Positions 45,087 to 54,522 of a stretch of DNA of 64,000 bases are shown here, in pieces. A program made the position numbers and the translations under genes. The stretch is from the NCBI GenBank assembly GCA_942493245.1, contig OW818685.1, positions 4,066,040 to 4,130,039 of the forward strand, given 5' to 3'. The notes beneath the pieces are model-generated. The model ran no database searches, was not told the origin of the DNA, and saw only the letters and a list, made by a program, of their open reading frames with translations. This stretch comes from an uncultured Candidatus Sumerlaeota bacterium. Lineage in GTDB: Bacteria; Sumerlaeota; Sumerlaeia; UBA8349. How positions within the stretch are numbered: the stretch's first letter is position 1; every line of letters begins with the position of its first letter.

Positions 45087-46319
45087 ATGTTTCAGAAAAA
45101 CGTGGCGAATCAACCGGTTTATCTCTACGCCTACGACTCGGTGACGCGCGAGCCGAAAACGGGGCAGGCTGCGAATCTGACGGTTCGACTGTCGAAGGAT
45201 GCGGGGAGCCTGGCCACGGTGACGAATTCGGTGTCCGAGGTGGACGCGACGAACGCGAAGGGTTTGTATGTGGTCTTGCTGACTCAAACGGAGTCGAATG
45301 CGGATGCGTTGCTGGTGGTGGCGGTATGTTCGACGGCGAACGTGGGGGTGGAGCCGCAGGTGATTTATCCGGTGTCGGCGTCGAGTTCGAGCGCTCCGAC
45401 GGCGGCGGAGATTGCAGACGCCATGTTGGATGAGTTGCTGAGCGGCCACTCGGTTTCGGGGAGTGTGGCTGCGGCGTTGTCGTCGCTGCTGGGGTTGCTG
45501 AGCGGGGTGGATGTGACGAAGTGGAAGGGCGCGACGGCTCCGGCTTTGTCGGGGGATCCGTATGCCAAGGCGGTCGAGATCAAGTCGGTTGTGGATGCGA
45601 TGGTCGCCTCGGGGGTTCTGCTGGCGGCGACTCAGAGCCTTTATGCTCCGGCGAAGGCGAACGATGCGATGACGTTGACGCCGGGAGAACGGGCGAGCCT
45701 GGCGGATGCGCTGTGCGATGAGGCGTTGTCGGGGCATTCGACGGCTGGGACGTTGGGCAAGGCGCTTTATGATTTGGCTGCGGGCGCTGTGGCGATGATT
45801 TTGACGGCTGCCTATGACGCGGCGAAGACGGCGGCGTCGGCGGGCGCTTTGACGACGGTGAGCGGCAAGGTGGATGGGGTTCAGTCGGCTGTGGGCGTTG
45901 TGGATGGGAAGGTGGACGCGGTGGACACGGCTGTGGCGGGGGTGAAGGCGGTGGTGGATGCGATCAAGACGGTTGTGGACGCGACGAAGGTGGTGGCGGA
46001 TGCGGTTCGGGTGGTGACGGATCGTCTGGGCGGAATGATCGAGTTGGACGGGGCGGTTTATCGTTTCACGTTGAACGCTCTGGAGCAGGGTCCGACGGGG
46101 AGCGGGTCGTCGCCGGAGGATGTGGCTTTGGCGGTGCTGGCTGCGGCGGTGGGCGCGGGCGGGGCGACGGTGGGGGATGTGCTGCGGGCGTGCCGGGCGG
46201 CGGCGGTGGGGAAACTGGAGAAGGTGGACGCGACGACGTACCGGCTTTATGACGATGACGGGGTGACGGTGGTGGCGACGTTTGCGGTGTCGGCGGGGGG
46301 GCGGAACCCGGCGGCTTAA
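45087..46319 (+). CDS. Hypothetical structural protein with duplicated ADA(M/L)xDExLSGHS motif and coiled-coil stalk
   Basis: IADAMLDELLSGHS and LADALCDEALSGHS; VDGKVD heptads. Confidence 0.75.
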   Translation: MFQKNVANQPVYLYAYDSVTREPKTGQAANLTVRLSKDAGSLATVTNSVSEVDATNAKGLYVVLLTQTESNADALLVVAVCSTANVGVEPQVIYPVSASSSSAPTAAEIADAMLDELLSGHSVSGSVAAALSSLLGLLSGVDVTKWKGATAPALSGDPYAKAVEIKSVVDAMVASGVLLAATQSLYAPAKANDAMTLTPGERASLADALCDEALSGHSTAGTLGKALYDLAAGAVAMILTAAYDAAKTAASAGALTTVSGKVDGVQSAVGVVDGKVDAVDTAVAGVKAVVDAIKTVVDATKVVADAVRVVTDRLGGMIELDGAVYRFTLNALEQGPTGSGSSPEDVALAVLAAAVGAGGATVGDVLRACRAAAVGKLEKVDATTYRLYDDDGVTVVATFAVSAGGRNPAA

Positions 46320-46424
46320 AACCGCGACTCACGCAAAGGCGCAGAGACGCAAAGAACCGCAACCGATTTTTAACCACGAAAAACACGAAAGACACGAAAA
46401 CCGCAAACAATTCAGGGGAACCGC

Positions 46425-46883
46425 ATGAGTGTTTTGAGTCTGGCCACGTACGGGGTGTTTGAGGAGGCGGGGGGGAGTGGGTGGATTCCGCCGTCTGTGA
46501 GTATGGAGGTGTCGGCGGCGGCGATGGCGATGCTGCCGCACCGGTGCGTGATCGAGGAGAACGCTTTGACGGGTGAGACGGATGGCGGGGGGCACCCGGT
46601 GCGGGCCTGGGTGGCGTTGCACTCGGGGGTGCCGTGCCGGTTGTATTCGCCGGGGGCGCGGCGGGTGGTGCGGGAGGTGAAGGAGGCGTCGCTGGCGGAT
46701 TATCAGTTGATGCTGCCTCTGGGGATCGAGTTGCTGGAGATGGAGATGCGAGTGTCGGGTGTGACGGATCGGTACGGTCGCCCGGCGGTGGGGCGGAGCG
46801 GGGATGTTTATGAGGTGCTGGGGCAACCGGCGCTTCTGGAGGCGGTGGGGGTGCAGGAGGTAGGGGTGCGGTTGAAACGGTGA
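46425..46883 (+). CDS. Putative head-closure protein
   Basis: D..G.PVRAW...GVPCRL; position. Confidence 0.65.
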   Translation: MSVLSLATYGVFEEAGGSGWIPPSVSMEVSAAAMAMLPHRCVIEENALTGETDGGGHPVRAWVALHSGVPCRLYSPGARRVVREVKEASLADYQLMLPLGIELLEMEMRVSGVTDRYGRPAVGRSGDVYEVLGQPALLEAVGVQEVGVRLKR

Positions 46884-46944
46884 CCGATGCTCTCGCAAAG
46901 GCGCGAAGACGCAAAGAGACTATAGAGAGAAGGAGGGATGAGGG

Positions 46945-47757
46945 ATGGCAACGAAGAATAAAGACGAAATCATGCGCTGTGGCGCGGAGATTCAGGTGGC
47001 GCCCGCCGGAACGGGCATCAACGGGGTTTTTACTCCGATAGGGTATGCCTCGAAGCCGGTGAAGGCGTCGGTGAAGCAGGAGACGATTGACCTGACCGTG
47101 GAACAGCACGATGGGCCAATTCTGAAGCAGCGTCGGACGCTGGGCATGACCATCGAGGGATCGACGGTGCAGGTCGGCGCGGAACAGATGGCCATTGCGC
47201 TGGGGAAGGCGAACGCGAACACGCTGACGATGGGTGGATCGTCTCCGGAAGCGACGCGGACGTTCGCGGTGAAGGTCATCGGGCTGTCGCTGTTGAGCGG
47301 TCAAGCGGTGGTGTATTACATGCCGAACGCGATCAGCGAGGCGGAAGTCTCGGTGGAGATGGGGCGGAGCGCGTTCGTGGAATTGCCTCTGTCGTTCAGC
47401 GGGTGCGATGGGGACAGCGGGATCGGGCAGATTGTCTATGGCTCGGGGAACGTGACGAAGACGATTGCGACGGGCGCGTTCGCGCGTGACGCGGCGGTGA
47501 ACTTCTACCTGGTGGCCGGTGAGGGCGCGGCGGCGGATTCGCTGGATACGATCAGCGGGACGTTTGCGGCGAACGAGGAGGTGGTGCTGATGATCTCCTC
47601 GGCTTCGCAGCCGATCACGGTGACGCACACGGCGACGGGTACGGGGAAGATCAACCTGGACGGGGCTGTGCCGTGGTTGATGGACAAGGTGGGGGACTGG
47701 CTGCGTCTGCGGAGTGATGGGACGAAGTTCGTGGAGGTGGCGCGGTACAACGCGTAG
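46945..47757 (+). CDS. Putative major tail protein
   Basis: Position, size, IGYASKPV..ET.DL..EQ pattern plus C-terminal beta domain. Confidence 0.7.
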   Translation: MATKNKDEIMRCGAEIQVAPAGTGINGVFTPIGYASKPVKASVKQETIDLTVEQHDGPILKQRRTLGMTIEGSTVQVGAEQMAIALGKANANTLTMGGSSPEATRTFAVKVIGLSLLSGQAVVYYMPNAISEAEVSVEMGRSAFVELPLSFSGCDGDSGIGQIVYGSGNVTKTIATGAFARDAAVNFYLVAGEGAAADSLDTISGTFAANEEVVLMISSASQPITVTHTATGTGKINLDGAVPWLMDKVGDWLRLRSDGTKFVEVARYNA

Positions 47758-47952
47758 TCAATTGATAATGGATAATGGACAATTGACAATGAACCGCGTG
47801 ACACCACCAAGGCACCAAGGCACCAAGGAGTGAGGGAGAGGGTTTGCCGTCCCGGTCGGTTTTTACACGCTGGGAACCGTGGCTGGCCGGGGCGGCAGAA
47901 CTACAATGAATAATTGATAATGGACAATGGATAGCGAACCGCGGAGGACGCC

Positions 47953-48348
47953 ATGTTGGATGCTGGGGATTATTTTCGGTTGTGGCTGTTGTCGTTGTCG
48001 GGGGTGGTGGCTCTGGTGACGGATCGGGTTTTTTCGGAGCCGTTGCCGTTTGAGACGGCACATCCGGCTGTTTCGTATTTCTGCAAGAGTTCGCCGGTGG
48101 GGGGTGATGTGCCGATGCAGGAGGTGAGCGCGACGGTGTATTGCTGGGGTCGGACGGAGGATGAGGCGAAGGCGTTGTATGGGGTTTTGTTTTCGGCGCT
48201 GCACGCGACGGGGGGCGAGACGGCGCGGGTGGGGGGTCAGGTGCTTTCGGGGTTGAGTATCGAGGGGCAGGAGATGACGGATCAGGATCTGGAGTTGCAT
48301 CAGGCGTGGTACACGAAGTGCGAGGTGGTGTTTGCGATGGGGGCTTAA
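47953..48348 (+). CDS. Putative tail terminator (DUF3168-like)
   Basis: ALVTDRVF..PL....PAVSY. Confidence 0.7.
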   Translation: MLDAGDYFRLWLLSLSGVVALVTDRVFSEPLPFETAHPAVSYFCKSSPVGGDVPMQEVSATVYCWGRTEDEAKALYGVLFSALHATGGETARVGGQVLSGLSIEGQEMTDQDLELHQAWYTKCEVVFAMGA

Positions 48349-48458
48349 GGGCGGCTCACGCAAAGGCGCAAAGACGCCAAGGACCGCAACCGATTCAACC
48401 ACGAAAGACACGAAACACACGAAAACCACAACCGCAGAAAACCGAGGAATACACGGAA

Positions 48459-49004
48459 ATGGCTGGATTTAATGTTACGACAGATATGGGCGCCCACATT
48501 TTTCGCGCAGAGATGCGCGAGGTGGCTAAGGAGTCATGTAAGGAGGCTGCGAAACATGTGGCTTCTTCGATTTGGTCTATTTTGCGGGCGGTGCAGGAGA
48601 CGACGAGGTGGTCGCTGGAAGGTGGCTGGGGATGGTGGGCTAAGAGGATCGCCCACGGATTTGTGCGGGAAAGTGTCACCCTGGGCGATTATGCAGGAAA
48701 AAGCGTGGGTGGGTGGCTGCGGTTGAGTCACTTGTATTTCGTGATCGAAGGCGGAACTCGGCAAGGGAAGCGCGGCTGGGCGCGTCGTGGCGGAGAAAAC
48801 TATGGAACGATCCAGGGGAAGCGGCGCGCGCATGAGGTCTACCTGAATAAAGCGCGCCGGGGTCCGTCGAAGGCGCAGCCGTTCCTGCGTCCGGCGGTTG
48901 AGGCGAACGAGGCGCGGATCGCGGAGGCGATAGCCGCGAAGTGGGAGAAGAAAACGATTACCCCTTCCGGCCGGAAGGGTGAATACAAATCCTGGAAGTA
49001 CTGA
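48459..49004 (+). CDS. HK97 gp10-like tail completion protein
   Basis: HLYFVIEGGT, KAQPFLRPAVE. Confidence 0.75.
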   Translation: MAGFNVTTDMGAHIFRAEMREVAKESCKEAAKHVASSIWSILRAVQETTRWSLEGGWGWWAKRIAHGFVRESVTLGDYAGKSVGGWLRLSHLYFVIEGGTRQGKRGWARRGGENYGTIQGKRRAHEVYLNKARRGPSKAQPFLRPAVEANEARIAEAIAAKWEKKTITPSGRKGEYKSWKY

Positions 49005-49075
49005 TGAAGACACGAAAACCGATAGACTCGCGCAAAGGCGCGAAGACGCAAAGGGAAAAGAGAGAGGGAGGGGTT

Positions 49076-49519
49076 ATGTCGGACGAGATGGACAAGGTGG
49101 CTGGGGTGTTTCGCGTGACGCTGGGCGGCGTGGCGCATGAGGTTCGGGTAAAGACGATCAAGGAGACTTCGGAGTTTCGGCGCGTGGTGGGTCCGCTGCT
49201 GGTGCCGCTGTCTCGGAAACTGGAGCCGTTCCAGGAGTGTCTGGCTGTGGGAGACGATAAGCAGCGCGGTGAGGTGTTTGTTCAGAAGTTTCTGGAGGTA
49301 CTGCCGGATCTGCTGCCGTACCTGCTCGGCGAGGGTCTGGACACGCTGGTGAGTCTGCCGGATCTGTATGAAGCGAGTCTGGCGGAGGCGTGCGCGGGAG
49401 CGAGCGACGATGAACTGGTCGAGGCGGGTGTGGAGGTGCTTTCCAAGATCGTCCCTTTGGCTCGTGGGATCTTTCGGGCGGTCCCGAAGGTGATCCCGAT
49501 TATGGCGGGTCGCGGCTGA
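49076..49519 (+). CDS. Tail assembly chaperone (gpG-like); -1 frameshift product extends to 49680
   Basis: Immediately before tape measure gene; slippery C CCT TTG at 49453-49459; -1 frame open to TGA 49678-80. Confidence 0.75.
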   Translation: MSDEMDKVAGVFRVTLGGVAHEVRVKTIKETSEFRRVVGPLLVPLSRKLEPFQECLAVGDDKQRGEVFVQKFLEVLPDLLPYLLGEGLDTLVSLPDLYEASLAEACAGASDDELVEAGVEVLSKIVPLARGIFRAVPKVIPIMAGRG

Positions 49520-49804
49520 GCGATGTTCTGGAGACGTTTGTCCTGGGCGAGTGGCATCTGGACGTGAACGTGGTGGTGAACACCTGGACCTGGGATCTGC
49601 TGGAGACGATGGTGGCGGCGCGCATGCGCCGGGCGGAGCGGGAGCGGGAGATGATGGAGGCGGCGAGGGGCGGGGAGTGACCGAGAGTCTCACGCCAAGG
49701 CGCAAAGACGCAAAGAACTGCGAACCGCGACCGATAACCGCAACCGATACACGGGCGAGACGCCCGTGCCACAACCGCAACCGATAACCGCAGGAGAGTG
49801 AGAG

Positions 49805-51607
49805 ATGGCGAAAACGCAGAGTAAATCCCTGGGGAATGTGATCCTGTGGCTGACGGCTGACGGGAAGAAACTGGACACGGCGCTGGAGCGCGCGGACAAG
49901 GCGGTGACGGCGTGGGCGAAGCGGGCCTCGAAGAGCCTGTCTGCGATGGGAAACGATTTCAAGGCTCTCGGGGCGGGGGTGACGAAGTTTGGGGCTGTGG
50001 GCGCGGCGGGTTTTGCGGCGCTGGGCGGGGCTTTGTACCAGTGCGTGGAGGCGTTCGCGGAGTCGGAGAAGGCGGACAAGCAACTCGAGACGGTACTGAA
50101 GAGCACGAAGAACGCTGCGGGAATGACAAAGGAGGAACTGGATAATCTGGCCTCCTCTATGCAGCGGTTGACGCCGTTTGAGGACGACGCGGTGAAGGGC
50201 GCCGAGGCGCTGATGCTCACGTTCACGAACGTAAAGAAGGACGTGTTTCCGGGTGCGATGGAAGCCGTTTTGAACATGAGTCAGGCGCTGGGACAGGACT
50301 TGAAGAGTTCGACGATCCAGTTGGGGAAGGCTCTGAACGATCCGGTCAAGGGGATCACGGCTTTGCAACGGGTGGGTGTTTCGTTTACGGCGACGCAGAA
50401 AGAGCAGATCAAGGGTTTTGTGGAGTCGGGACAAGCGGCGAAGGCTCAGGCTTTGATCCTGAAGGAACTGGAAACCGAGTTCGGTGGACAGGCTAAGGCG
50501 GCGCTGGAGACGACAAGCGGAAGCCTGGAGCAGATGAAAAACATGTGGGGAGATGCAACGGAGACTATCGGCGAAATGATATCCGACATGCTGAAGCCGT
50601 ACCGTAAAGATATGTCCGACATGCTCGACGGTCTCAAAAAATGGCTCGACGAAGGCGGCGCAGAAAAGATTCGAAATAATCTGGAACCACTTTTTAAGTC
50701 GATAAAAGACATGGCGAAAGAGATGTGGGAGATGACGAAGCCGCTGCGTGAGTGGCTGATGAAGACCATGGAGGAGAACCCGCAGCGGATTGCGCAGATT
50801 CTGGCCGTGGGCGCGGCGATCACGAGTTTGAGTCTGGTGCTGGGGCCGGTGCTGATGGGTTTCGGGTCGCTGTTGAAACTGCTGGCGGGGCTGGTGTCGT
50901 TCGGATCGTCGGCGTTCAGTGCTCTGTCGAAGGGGCTGACGTGGCTGGCCACGAGTCTGGGGACGAGCGTGGCCTGGGTGCTGGGGGGGATCGCGGCTGT
51001 GGCGGCGCTGGGCTTGGCTGTGGCGGCGTTTGCGCAGATGATCGGGAGCGGGAACTGGACGACGAATTTTCTGACGGAGTTTATTGACAAACACATGCCG
51101 TCCGCCGGGAAGGCTATTGACTGGTTTTTCGACAAGGTGGTCTGGCTGGTGAACAAGGTGGGGGATGTATTCGGGGGTCTGTGGGACTGGTTGAAGGAGG
51201 GCTTCTCGAAGGTGGGGAGTTTTGTGGCGGATGTGTTCAAGATGGCGTTCAACGGGGTGATCGAGGCGATGAATGCTTTGATTGCCGGGATTAATATTGT
51301 CTCGGGTTCGGTGGGGATTCCGGAGATCCCGGAGATTCCGACGTTCGCGGGCGGGGGCGTGATGTCGCGGGCGGGGCTGGCGATTGTGGGGGAACGGGGT
51401 CCGGAGTTGGTGCATCTGCCTGCGGCGGCTCGGGTGTTCAGCAACGCGCAGTCTCGGGCGATGGCGGGCGGCCTGGGGGGCTTGACGATCAACGGGCCGC
51501 TGATCGGGAGCGCTGTTATTCGCGAGGAGGCCGATATTGAGAAGGTGGCGCGTGCGCTGGCGCGGCAGATTCGGTCGAGCCGGACGGCGCGCGGGGCGTT
51601 GGTTTGA
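49805..51607 (+). CDS. Tape measure protein (600 aa)
   Basis: Ala/Gly helical repeats, LGKALNDP, C-terminal GGGV...IVGERGPELV. Confidence 0.92.
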   Translation: MAKTQSKSLGNVILWLTADGKKLDTALERADKAVTAWAKRASKSLSAMGNDFKALGAGVTKFGAVGAAGFAALGGALYQCVEAFAESEKADKQLETVLKSTKNAAGMTKEELDNLASSMQRLTPFEDDAVKGAEALMLTFTNVKKDVFPGAMEAVLNMSQALGQDLKSSTIQLGKALNDPVKGITALQRVGVSFTATQKEQIKGFVESGQAAKAQALILKELETEFGGQAKAALETTSGSLEQMKNMWGDATETIGEMISDMLKPYRKDMSDMLDGLKKWLDEGGAEKIRNNLEPLFKSIKDMAKEMWEMTKPLREWLMKTMEENPQRIAQILAVGAAITSLSLVLGPVLMGFGSLLKLLAGLVSFGSSAFSALSKGLTWLATSLGTSVAWVLGGIAAVAALGLAVAAFAQMIGSGNWTTNFLTEFIDKHMPSAGKAIDWFFDKVVWLVNKVGDVFGGLWDWLKEGFSKVGSFVADVFKMAFNGVIEAMNALIAGINIVSGSVGIPEIPEIPTFAGGGVMSRAGLAIVGERGPELVHLPAAARVFSNAQSRAMAGGLGGLTINGPLIGSAVIREEADIEKVARALARQIRSSRTARGALV

Positions 51608-51650
51608 AATTACGAATTGGAAATTACGAATTACGAACTGAGGTCTGAGG

Positions 51651-52475
51651 ATGGCGACTTATTCTTTTTCTTTTGGCGGGGTGGACTTTGAGGCTTATGG
51701 GCTGATCGTGGCTCGTGGGGCGAAGCCGTTTTTTCCGGAGGTGTCGCGGCCTGCGGTGTCGTTGGGTTCGGGGGACGGCGAGGCGGCGGGGCGGAGCCGG
51801 TTCGGGGGGCGGGAGATCTCTTTGGATTGTGTGGTGTGCGGGTCGTCGCATGCGGATCTGCTGTCGAAGATGGACTTGATCGCGAAGGCTTTGTACAAGC
51901 GCGAGGATGAGGCGTTGATCTTGGATGCGGCGCCGGAGCGGTACTGGCTGGCGCGGCTGGTGAAGGCTCCGGAGTGGTCGCCGGTGACGGCCTCGCGGGC
52001 GGACGTGACGCTGACATTTGCGAGCGCGGCTCCGTTTGCTTTTGCGACGGCGGAGTCGAGCGCGGCGGTGTCGTTGACTCTGGACGGGGCGGCGGTGGTG
52101 TGCGCGGTGGGGGGCAATGCGGAGGCGTGGCCGACGATTGACTTGACGCTGAACGCGGGGACGGCGTCGTGGGGGATTGAGAACGAGGCGCTGGATCTGC
52201 GGCTGGCGTGGAACGCGTCTCCGACGGCTTTGGTGGCGGGGGACAAGATCCAGATCGTGTGCGACCCGGTGGTGCAGGATGCCTATGGAGACCCGACGGG
52301 GGGACAGTTGCTCAAGATCCAGCACGCGAGCGAGGCGCTGGGCGTGGTGCGTAATGCGGGGATCGAGGGGCATTTCCCGCAGTTGTCGCCCTGTGTGGCG
52401 GGCGGGGGGACTTTGACGTTCTGGGGTCTGCGGGGAAGCGGGACGGTGAAGTGGCGGAATCGGTGGCTGGGGTAG
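51651..52475 (+). CDS. Distal tail (Dit)-like protein
   Basis: SFSFGGVDF..GL, R.I.L.C, LILD.APERYW.A, LTF..AAPFAF, VGGNAEAWP. Confidence 0.8.
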   Translation: MATYSFSFGGVDFEAYGLIVARGAKPFFPEVSRPAVSLGSGDGEAAGRSRFGGREISLDCVVCGSSHADLLSKMDLIAKALYKREDEALILDAAPERYWLARLVKAPEWSPVTASRADVTLTFASAAPFAFATAESSAAVSLTLDGAAVVCAVGGNAEAWPTIDLTLNAGTASWGIENEALDLRLAWNASPTALVAGDKIQIVCDPVVQDAYGDPTGGQLLKIQHASEALGVVRNAGIEGHFPQLSPCVAGGGTLTFWGLRGSGTVKWRNRWLG

Positions 52476-52529
52476 GGGGAATTACGAATTGAGAATTACG
52501 AATTACAAATAGAAGGGGGGGGCGGGGGG

Positions 52530-52820
52530 ATGACGCCGGAGAATGGACAGGGGGGTGAGTCGTTGATCGGGTGGGCGAAGCGGGACATCGACACGCTGTT
52601 TGCGGGGCTGAACGCCGTGCAAATGGAGGTGGCGAAACTCTCCTCGAAGTTCGAAAAGTACGTGCAGCCGTGCAACGATTTTCGGTGTCACCTGGAGGAG
52701 CACGAACGGAGAGAAACCCGGTGGTGGGGTTTCTGGCTGCGGGCGCTGACGCAGTTGGTGACGGCGGCGATTGGGGCGGGGGTGGCTATGGCGGCGAATG
52801 GGAAGTGGCCGGGGCTTTAA
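52530..52820 (+). CDS. Small coiled-coil + C-terminal TM protein (holin-like)
   Basis: Single hydrophobic segment LTQLVTAAIGAGVAMAA. Confidence 0.55.
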   Translation: MTPENGQGGESLIGWAKRDIDTLFAGLNAVQMEVAKLSSKFEKYVQPCNDFRCHLEEHERRETRWWGFWLRALTQLVTAAIGAGVAMAANGKWPGL

Positions 52821-52992
52821 CCGCAACCGATAACCGCGGACTCACGCGGAGACGCGGAGGGGCGGAGAACTGCAACCGATAACCGCTTCTCACGCAAAGG
52901 CGCGAAGACGCAAAGAAACGCCACCGATTTTGACCACGAAAAACACGAAAGACACGAAAACCGCAACTACAACCGATTGATGGGAACCGCAG

Positions 52993-54336
52993 ATGCCGTT
53001 TACTTATTCTTTTCCTTTTTATTTTCATGTGGCTCGGCCGTACCGGCGGGAGATGGTGCTGGAGGTGCGGGACGCGGGGGGGCGTGTGGTGCGTCGGATC
53101 GGGGCCTGGAGCGGGGGATCGATCAAGGACGCGCTGAACGAGCCGAGTGTGCTGTCGCTGGAGGTGATGGCGTCGGATGCGAGTGTGGAGGCTTTGTCGG
53201 GCGGGAATGAGATCTGGGTGCAGAATCAGGACGGGGTGATCGAGGGGAAGTACCGGCTGGCGGCGGGTTCGGTGTCGAAGTCGCATGCGGGCGGGGTGGC
53301 GCTGGTCTCGGTGGAGGCGTTGAGTTATACGTCGCTCCTGGGGGATGAGGTGACGTGGAATTGGGAGAAAACGGGGACGCTGGCGGAATTGGTGGCGGAA
53401 CTGCTGGCGCGGCAGGCAAACGACGTGCCGGTGACGGCGGGGGCGATCCCGGCTACGCTGGCGGCGATCTCGCGGACGATCCGCGTGGAGGATCAGCAGA
53501 CGATGCTGGAGACGTTGCGGAATCTGGTGGACACGATCGAGCAGCGGGCGATGTTCTGGGTGGACAACGACCGGGTGCTCCAGTGGCGGGATTTGAGTGT
53601 TGAGGCGGATTCGGGGAAGCATCTGACGGCGGAGAAGAATCTGTCGAGCGTCGAGGTGGAGGTGGACTGGTCGTCGTGGATCACCCGGGTGTTTGCGTAC
53701 GGGGAGAAGAGCACGACGGGGCGGTATCTGCTGCTGAGCGATGGGGCGCAGGGGTGGAGTGTGTTCGCGTCGAGCGCGGGCGCGGGGTTTGCGGTGCTGG
53801 ACCACACGCACGCGGGGTGCTCGGACCCGCAGGACTTGACGGGGTATGAGGGGGCTGTGGCGGGGGTGCAGGTGGGGGACCGTCTCAAGTTCGGTGCGGC
53901 GGAAGTGGAGATTGTGACGGTAACGCCGGGCGAGACGAGCACGACGGTGACGTGGCGGGGGACGTATTCGCCAGGGGCGGCTCCGGGGGTGTGTCAGTTG
54001 CGGCGGGATTATCTGGACTCGCCGTTGTACGGGTGTGAGTTTTTCAAGACGATTTTAATTGACCCGAAGACGTTCGACGCGCGCGGGGCGAGCGATTACG
54101 CGCTGGAGATCTCGATCACGGATGAGGATGTGGCGGCGCTGGGCGCGAAGGCGGCAGGGCGGACGGCTCGGGTTTTCTTTCTGGCGGACGATGGGGTGAC
54201 GGCGCTGTCGAGCGTGACGACGACGTTGGATGTGACGGACCCGGCGGCTTCGCCGAATCTGGTGGCGACGGTGACGGTTCCGAGGGCGTCGGGTGTGCGG
54301 GAGACGGCGATTTATATGGTGGTGGGGTGGGAGTAG
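52993..54336 (+). CDS. Tail hub/Tal-like protein
   Basis: Follows Dit; KNLSSVEVEVD...TRVFAYG motif typical of prophage tail proteins. Confidence 0.75.
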   Translation: MPFTYSFPFYFHVARPYRREMVLEVRDAGGRVVRRIGAWSGGSIKDALNEPSVLSLEVMASDASVEALSGGNEIWVQNQDGVIEGKYRLAAGSVSKSHAGGVALVSVEALSYTSLLGDEVTWNWEKTGTLAELVAELLARQANDVPVTAGAIPATLAAISRTIRVEDQQTMLETLRNLVDTIEQRAMFWVDNDRVLQWRDLSVEADSGKHLTAEKNLSSVEVEVDWSSWITRVFAYGEKSTTGRYLLLSDGAQGWSVFASSAGAGFAVLDHTHAGCSDPQDLTGYEGAVAGVQVGDRLKFGAAEVEIVTVTPGETSTTVTWRGTYSPGAAPGVCQLRRDYLDSPLYGCEFFKTILIDPKTFDARGASDYALEISITDEDVAALGAKAAGRTARVFFLADDGVTALSSVTTTLDVTDPAASPNLVATVTVPRASGVRETAIYMVVGWE

Positions 54337-54512
54337 GGGAATTGAGAATTGAGAATTACGAATTGAGAATGAACAGCAACCGATAACCGCAGGGTCACGC
54401 GGAGACGCGGAGTTGCGGAGAACTGCAACCGCAACCGATTTTTGACCACGAAACACACTAAAGACACGAAAACCGCAACCGATTGAACCACCAAGGCACC
54501 AAGAACCGCAGG
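54336..54512 (+). repeat. Composite spacer (7-bp, 8-bp, 9-bp, 8-bp modules)
   Basis: AATTGAG x2-AATTACG-AATTGAG; ACGCGGAG x2-TTGCGGAG; ACCACGAAA-type; CCACCAAG-type. Confidence 0.85.
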
Positions 54513-54522
54513 AGATTGAGGG

